Of a DNA stretch of 64,000 bases, positions 59,292 to 64,000 are shown piece by piece. Made by a program: the position numbers and the translations under genes. The notes beneath the pieces were generated by a model. It did not search any database. It was not told the origin of the DNA and worked only from the letters and a program-made list of their open reading frames with translations. Every line of letters starts with the position of its first letter. Position 1 is the first letter of the stretch. The DNA is from a virus, in the IMG/VR virus record IMGVR_UViG_3300046642_000296, positions 13,220-77,219 of that record, one strand, 5' to 3'.

Positions 59292-59647
59292 TGAGCAGCG
59301 CAGACAAACGTAGTCCCCACACCGACGCACTCGAAACGCTCGGCATGATCCACTTCAAGCCCGAAGCACGGGACGCTATCCATCTGGCTGTCGAGCCGAT
59401 CGAAGCCGGCGAGCGTCTTCGCCCGAACGACGACATCGGCATCTACAACGGCAAGGCATACCAGGCCGGCGAACGTGAGATCGATAGCGAAGTGGTCAAG
59501 GTCAAGGCGCTCGGCAAGGTCGATCCGTTCCTGCCCAACACGAAGTTTGTGCAGGCAGGCCAGAAGTTCTGGCTGGTCGTCTATCCGCGCATGATCACGT
59601 CACTTCGCCACGTCTGGGAGCATCCGGACTTCAGCAAGGAGGCATGA
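59291..59647 (+). CDS. Hypothetical protein
   Basis: RDAIHLAV...GKVDPFL...SLRHVWEHPDF. Confidence 0.75.
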   Translation: MSSADKRSPHTDALETLGMIHFKPEARDAIHLAVEPIEAGERLRPNDDIGIYNGKAYQAGEREIDSEVVKVKALGKVDPFLPNTKFVQAGQKFWLVVYPRMITSLRHVWEHPDFSKEA

Positions 59648-59991
59648 TGGCTCACCCATACCCGATGGAAGAGCACGACGCCCGCCGCATGTGCGGTGAT
59701 CCGCGGGCACTGGCCTATGAGTGGATCAAGGCTTACGCCGAGAACCTGTCGGACCGTGCTGAAGGCAACGGCTACAACTCGGCGCCGATCACTGTCGAAG
59801 AACTGATCCAAACGGCAATAAGCCATCTCCCGGACGAGGAAGGTAATAGCCGCTGGGGTGACTACATCACCCGCGGCGGCACGTTCGAAGGAGAGAGCAC
59901 CGACCCTGTGTTCTGGGAGAAGCTCGCCATCCTGAAGGACATCGAGATCCCGAACGACAAGCGGAGCAACTTTTTCAGCTGTTCGTGCTAA
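59644..59991 (+). CDS. Hypothetical protein
   Basis: Coupled; ends FFSCSC. Confidence 0.75.
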   Translation: MMAHPYPMEEHDARRMCGDPRALAYEWIKAYAENLSDRAEGNGYNSAPITVEELIQTAISHLPDEEGNSRWGDYITRGGTFEGESTDPVFWEKLAILKDIEIPNDKRSNFFSCSC

Positions 59992-60007
59992 CGGCAGGAG
60001 AACAACG

Positions 60008-60271
60008 ATGAGTAGTACTACGCAGCGGGCTGCCCCGCAAAACCTGCTCGAGATCGAGATGCTGATCCAGGCGCACTGCCTGGCCCAGTACAAGCCCCGG
60101 CAGTCGGAAGCACACGACGACGCGCTGAACCGGCTGCTCAAAGCCGACATGCTGAAGCTGAACCCGGATCTGAGCGTGACGACCACCTTGCGTGGTCAGT
60201 TCTGGGTCGATCACCTGGCCACCATTCCGTACCCGGTGGAGAGTTACAAGATTCCGGAGACACAGCCATGA
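60008..60271 (+). CDS. Hypothetical protein
   Basis: AGGAG RBS. Confidence 0.7.
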   Translation: MSSTTQRAAPQNLLEIEMLIQAHCLAQYKPRQSEAHDDALNRLLKADMLKLNPDLSVTTTLRGQFWVDHLATIPYPVESYKIPETQP

Positions 60272-60654
60272 GCAGCACAGTCCGTCAATACGGCTTCATC
60301 GCCGCGCTCAAGGACGCCATCGACGACGATGAGCGTGAGGCCGGCAATGAGAACCAGTGGGAGAACAAGACCGGTATTCGTGTCGGTTACTCCGGCGAAC
60401 TGGTGTACATCGATTTCAACTACGAGAAGGGCATCCGGGAACGGGAAAACTTCTACGGTCTTTTCCTTGGCTCGGCCAAGCCATTGCCGGGCGAGAGCCG
60501 GGAAGACTTCGTAGCGGCGATGCACCGGTGGATGTATGACATCGAGATCGACTCGATCCAGCCGTACAGCTGCATTTACTACAACGGTAGCGACAGCCCC
60601 TTGGACATGTTGACCAAGAAGGGGTTGCTGGCCGGGGAGGCAAGTGATCTGTGA
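60268..60654 (+). CDS. Hypothetical protein
   Basis: Coupled ORF. Confidence 0.7.
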   Translation: MSSTVRQYGFIAALKDAIDDDEREAGNENQWENKTGIRVGYSGELVYIDFNYEKGIRERENFYGLFLGSAKPLPGESREDFVAAMHRWMYDIEIDSIQPYSCIYYNGSDSPLDMLTKKGLLAGEASDL

Positions 60655-61037
60655 AAACCGCCGAGATCCTAGACCGGCGTGCTTCGATCCTTGACCGGAT
60701 CATGGAGCGCGTACTGGTCGAAGACCATGGCTTCCGGCTCGATGGCAAACCGTCACCCTGTCATGTCTGGCAGGGACCGACGAGTGGGGAAGGGAAGGGC
60801 GGTGGTTACGGCCGCATGTCCCTGAATGGCCAGACAGTCGCCGTGCATCTGGTGGTCTATACGCACTACTTCGGGTACATCCCCGGCAAGAAGCAGATAG
60901 ATCACCTGTGCAATGTGCGGCTGTGCTGCAACCAGGCCCACCTGGAGCTCGTGAGTCACATCAAGAACCAGAGAAGGCGGGCAGCACGGGCAGGAAATGT
61001 GGGCAAGCCCACAGTAGCACTCAGGATGGCTGCGTAA
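60651..61037 (+). CDS. HNH endonuclease (N4 gp22-like)
   Basis: CHVWQG, GYGR, IDHLCNVRLCCNQAHL...N. Confidence 0.9.
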   Translation: MKTAEILDRRASILDRIMERVLVEDHGFRLDGKPSPCHVWQGPTSGEGKGGGYGRMSLNGQTVAVHLVVYTHYFGYIPGKKQIDHLCNVRLCCNQAHLELVSHIKNQRRRAARAGNVGKPTVALRMAA

Positions 61038-61076
61038 ACTTCTCCTCAACCTAAGTTTGAGGAAGGAAAAGCAGCC

Positions 61077-61736
61077 ATGAACCCGCAACACTTCGATCTC
61101 GCTTACGAAAAGCTGGTGGATTACCTGATGCACTTCTGTGTGTCCCGGATCTATGGGGCAGACAACGCCGCTCAGGACCAGCCACGCACCTTCGGTGGCC
61201 ACTCCGGTTTCGTGTCAATGGAACTGACGGGTGATCCCACGCTTCAGGAAGGCGATCTCGTGCTGCTGTCGGGTCACCGGCAACCGAAATGGCGGATGGG
61301 CTGGCTCAGGACAGTCCGCAACCTGCCGATTGGTGCCGAGTACATGGTGCACAGCGTGATGGGTGATGGTGAGGTGGCTTCGTTCACGAATGTGAGCGTG
61401 TCGTACTTCCATCGGCCAACGCTCAAGCAACATCCGGAGTGGCGCTGGACCAACGAGCAGCATGGGATGGCTGATGAATGGATCCAGACCATCCTTGCTG
61501 AGCGCCAGACCAGCCTGATTGTGCCCATGCAGCCTGTTTTTCTCGGGGATTCAGTGACGCTGAAAGCCCGTGCCAGATTTGGTCTTGATGAGTTCAAACC
61601 CTCGATAACCCTTGCGGACTTCCGCAGCCTGACAAAGGCTGACCTGTTGAGCTGCTACGACGCCCTGTGCCAGAAGTGGGATACCTTCCGTGCCGGCCGT
61701 CGGGTGCTCAACGCTGCTGCGGAGCCCGCTTCATGA
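61077..61736 (+). CDS. Hypothetical protein
   Basis: 219-aa ORF with RBS. Confidence 0.7.
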   Translation: MNPQHFDLAYEKLVDYLMHFCVSRIYGADNAAQDQPRTFGGHSGFVSMELTGDPTLQEGDLVLLSGHRQPKWRMGWLRTVRNLPIGAEYMVHSVMGDGEVASFTNVSVSYFHRPTLKQHPEWRWTNEQHGMADEWIQTILAERQTSLIVPMQPVFLGDSVTLKARARFGLDEFKPSITLADFRSLTKADLLSCYDALCQKWDTFRAGRRVLNAAAEPAS

Positions 61737-61746
61737 ATCAACCATA

Positions 61747-62787
61747 ATGTCCGAAGCCAACCTGTACCGCTGCTCCCCCCGCCAACTGCGCACCTTCATC
61801 ACCGACGCACTCTACGCAAACCTTGTCCCGTTCGTGCAATCGTCACCGGGCGTGGGCAAGTCCAGCATCATGAAGCTGGTGGCCAAAGACCTGAACCTGA
61901 AGGTCATCGATCACCGGCTCTCGACATCGGCCCCTGAAGATCTGTCCGGCCTGCCACGGTTCAACGAGGCAGGGCAGGCGAGCTTCGCCCCGTTCGCTGA
62001 TCTCTTTCCTCTGGCTCAGGCGCCAGCACCGAAGGGCAAGGAAGGCTGGATGCTCTTCCTGGACGAGTTCAACTCGGCCTCGAAGAGCGTGCAGGCCGCC
62101 GCCTACAAGCTGATTCTCGACCGCATGGTCGGCCAGCATCACCTGCATGAGCAATGCGTGATCGCCGCGGCGGGCAACCTCTCGACGGACCGGGCCATCG
62201 TCAATCAGCTCAGCACCGCCATGCAGTCGCGTGTCGTGCACCTCGAGCTCGAAGTGAACTTCGAGGAGTGGCTGTACGACGTGGCGCTGCCGGAGAACTA
62301 TGACAGCCGCATCATCGCGTACCTGTCGCAGTATCCGAGCAAGCTGATGGACTTCCGCCCGGACCACAACGAGAAGACGTTCTGCTGCCCGCGTACGTGG
62401 GAGTTCATGAACCGTCTGATCAAAGGCAACGACGTCACCGAAGCGAAGGCTGCGCTTTACGCCGGCACGCTCACTTCGGGCATTGCCGTCGACTTCATCA
62501 CCTTCACGCAGGTCTATCAGAACCTGGTGAAGATCGACCAGGTGATCCGTGATCCGCACGGCACGCCGGTGCCCGTCGACAACAACACGAAGTGGGCGAC
62601 GATCTCGCACCTGATGGAAGGCGTGAACGAGCTGAACTTCGATCCGTTGTGCACCTACGCCAACAAGTTCGATCTGTCGTTCCGGATCCTGTTCTTCCGT
62701 TCGGTGATGGTGCGTCAGCCGCAACTGCGCCAGCACCCGAGCTTCGCCCAGGCGATGTCGGCACTGAGCCGCTATCTGAACGGCTGA
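61747..62787 (+). CDS. MoxR-like AAA ATPase (N4 gp24-like)
   Basis: SSPGVGKS, LFLDEF, AAGN, PRTWE. Confidence 0.9.
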   Translation: MSEANLYRCSPRQLRTFITDALYANLVPFVQSSPGVGKSSIMKLVAKDLNLKVIDHRLSTSAPEDLSGLPRFNEAGQASFAPFADLFPLAQAPAPKGKEGWMLFLDEFNSASKSVQAAAYKLILDRMVGQHHLHEQCVIAAAGNLSTDRAIVNQLSTAMQSRVVHLELEVNFEEWLYDVALPENYDSRIIAYLSQYPSKLMDFRPDHNEKTFCCPRTWEFMNRLIKGNDVTEAKAALYAGTLTSGIAVDFITFTQVYQNLVKIDQVIRDPHGTPVPVDNNTKWATISHLMEGVNELNFDPLCTYANKFDLSFRILFFRSVMVRQPQLRQHPSFAQAMSALSRYLNG

Positions 62788-63077
62788 TTTCCTGAGCATC
62801 AAGCTGTGCCATGCCCGAATCCCTGGAAGGTCAAGACATGGTGCAGGTCGTCCGGTGGTGTCTGGTGGCCCGTAAGGGTAGCGGCCCGTTGTGCTCTATC
62901 TGTTGGGGTTGAATAAGTAGGAGCTATGAGTCTCAGAGGAAGTTTCGAGAGCGTGCAGCCTCAACGTACCAGCAGATAACACGTAGGTGAACCGTGCACG
63001 ACAGAACTCTAGTCAGTGAGCGATAACCCGGCGAGGGGGTGGAAAGCCCCCACCAATTCTGAACCAAGGAAATAGAT

Positions 63078-63263
63078 ATGCCTGGCGATAGGCAAAGAGA
63101 CTCGGCCGATCTGATCGGCTGGCTCAAGGAAAACCTGACCATTGCGGTCAAGAACGGTCACTGGACTGACCCCAACAATCGCACGATCGAACTCAAGCTC
63201 GCTGGTGAAGTCATCAGCACAGCTTACTTCGACGTGACGCAGAAACCGGAGTACGAAGGATGA
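63078..63263 (+). CDS. Hypothetical protein
   Basis: AAGGA RBS, coupled. Confidence 0.6.
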   Translation: MPGDRQRDSADLIGWLKENLTIAVKNGHWTDPNNRTIELKLAGEVISTAYFDVTQKPEYEG

Positions 63264-63481
63264 CCCCCGTTTTCATCAATACGCAAGGCCCGATCGATCA
63301 CGCCTACGTCACCCACTTCAAGGGGCAGGCGGCCGGTGTCTACGCACGATCGCTCTTTGAGGCGAAGCAGCGTTCCATCGAGCACTTCAAGCCGAAGAAG
63401 AAGGATGTGGGCCTGCTCGCTGTCAATCTGTACGAGCTGGGTGAAGGTCGCACGCTCGTCGAAGAAGAAGCGGTGGCGTGA
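63260..63481 (+). CDS. Hypothetical protein
   Basis: Coupled ORF. Confidence 0.65.
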   Translation: MTPVFINTQGPIDHAYVTHFKGQAAGVYARSLFEAKQRSIEHFKPKKKDVGLLAVNLYELGEGRTLVEEEAVA

Positions 63482-63627
63482 TGGGCACCGCCAAGACCAT
63501 CGAGTATCTCGACACACTGGATCTGCCGACGGCGCTCTGGTGGTTCATCGAGAACGTCACCGATGAAACGCCAGGCCGCTCCGAAATTTTCTTCCACCTG
63601 CGTGAACGTGTCCGGAGGGGCAAATAA
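63481..63627 (+). CDS. 48-aa hypothetical protein (not in ORF track)
   Basis: MGTAKTIEYLDTLDLPTALWWFIENV...; TGATG and TAATG coupling. Confidence 0.6.
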   Translation: MGTAKTIEYLDTLDLPTALWWFIENVTDETPGRSEIFFHLRERVRRGK

Positions 63628-64000
63628 TGTTCGATCCCGCTGACACCTCGAAGCTGGACCTGCCGCACCTGAACCGGGAGCTCGACCGCTGCAAGTCGGC
63701 GGTGTTCCTGGGTAAGACGGCAGCCTTCCTTGGCTCCATCATGTGTAGCCTGAACTTCGTCTGGACGGAGAGCATCCCGACGGCGGCCACCAACGGCATC
63801 GACTTCTACTGGAACCCGCAATGGTTCCTGTCGCTGCTGCCCGAAGTGCGCAAGACCGTGCTCATGCACGAACTGTGGCACGTCGCCAAGCTGCACTCGC
63901 TGCGACTCGGCGACAAGTGTCCGGACGTGTGGAACTACGCGTGTGACCACAACATCAACATCCCCCTGAAGGATGAGGGCTACTCGTTCGAAGGGACACA
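63627..64000 (+). CDS. Metallopeptidase (DUF2201/vWA-associated, N4 gp25-like), 3' truncated
   Basis: PTAATNG, HELWH (HExxH), WNYACDH; runs off window. Confidence 0.85.
   Translation, partial: MFDPADTSKLDLPHLNRELDRCKSAVFLGKTAAFLGSIMCSLNFVWTESIPTAATNGIDFYWNPQWFLSLLPEVRKTVLMHELWHVAKLHSLRLGDKCPDVWNYACDHNINIPLKDEGYSFEGT

Larger units (their letters stand above)
1..64000. mobile_element. N4-like (Schitoviridae) phage genome, circularly permuted; candidate phage-plasmid
   Basis: Giant vRNAP, split two-subunit RNAP II, gp2, N4-type DNAP/primase/SSB, MCP, portal and terminase in N4 gene order; no host chromosomal genes. Confidence 0.97.

Noticed and set aside
63030-63055. CCACCA end suggesting tmRNA or tRNA
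   Set aside because: No T-arm consensus or matching acceptor stem. Kept only as an unknown structured region.
1-64000. Integrase, att sites, protelomerase or CI-type repressor
   Set aside because: None recognisable in the window. The unseen remainder of the genome could still encode them.

Overview
The window is most of the genome of an N4-like podophage (Schitoviridae), read as a circular permutation. From left to right it holds: the replication block (family A DNA polymerase, PD-(D/E)XK nuclease, primase, AAA protein, SSB, resolvase; 1-10.6 kb, + strand); the late block on the - strand (3622-aa virion RNA polymerase, ejection and virion proteins, major capsid, portal, lysis cassette, two receptor-binding modules, terminase; 10.7-46.5 kb); the genome-end junction with vRNAP hairpin promoters (46.5-48.6 kb); and early/middle genes (gp2 coactivator, the two RNAP II subunits, HNH, MoxR-like AAA, metallopeptidase; 47.6-64 kb, + strand). 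The main surprise is a plasmid-type maintenance module between the two RNAP II subunit genes: centromere-like CCAAGGA repeats, a short type Ib ParA, a small adaptor, an HTH initiator-like protein, seven 16-bp iterons, an AT-rich tract and a perfect DnaA box. This suggests an N4-like phage-plasmid in a family best known for lytic members. A 17-bp motif with about 11 intergenic copies, one just upstream of the vRNAP gene, is a candidate operator. Anti-defence cargo includes a DUF2829/Tad2-like gene and a three-domain fusion of immune-signal sponge-like domains. All family assignments come from motif recognition by eye; no database searches were run.
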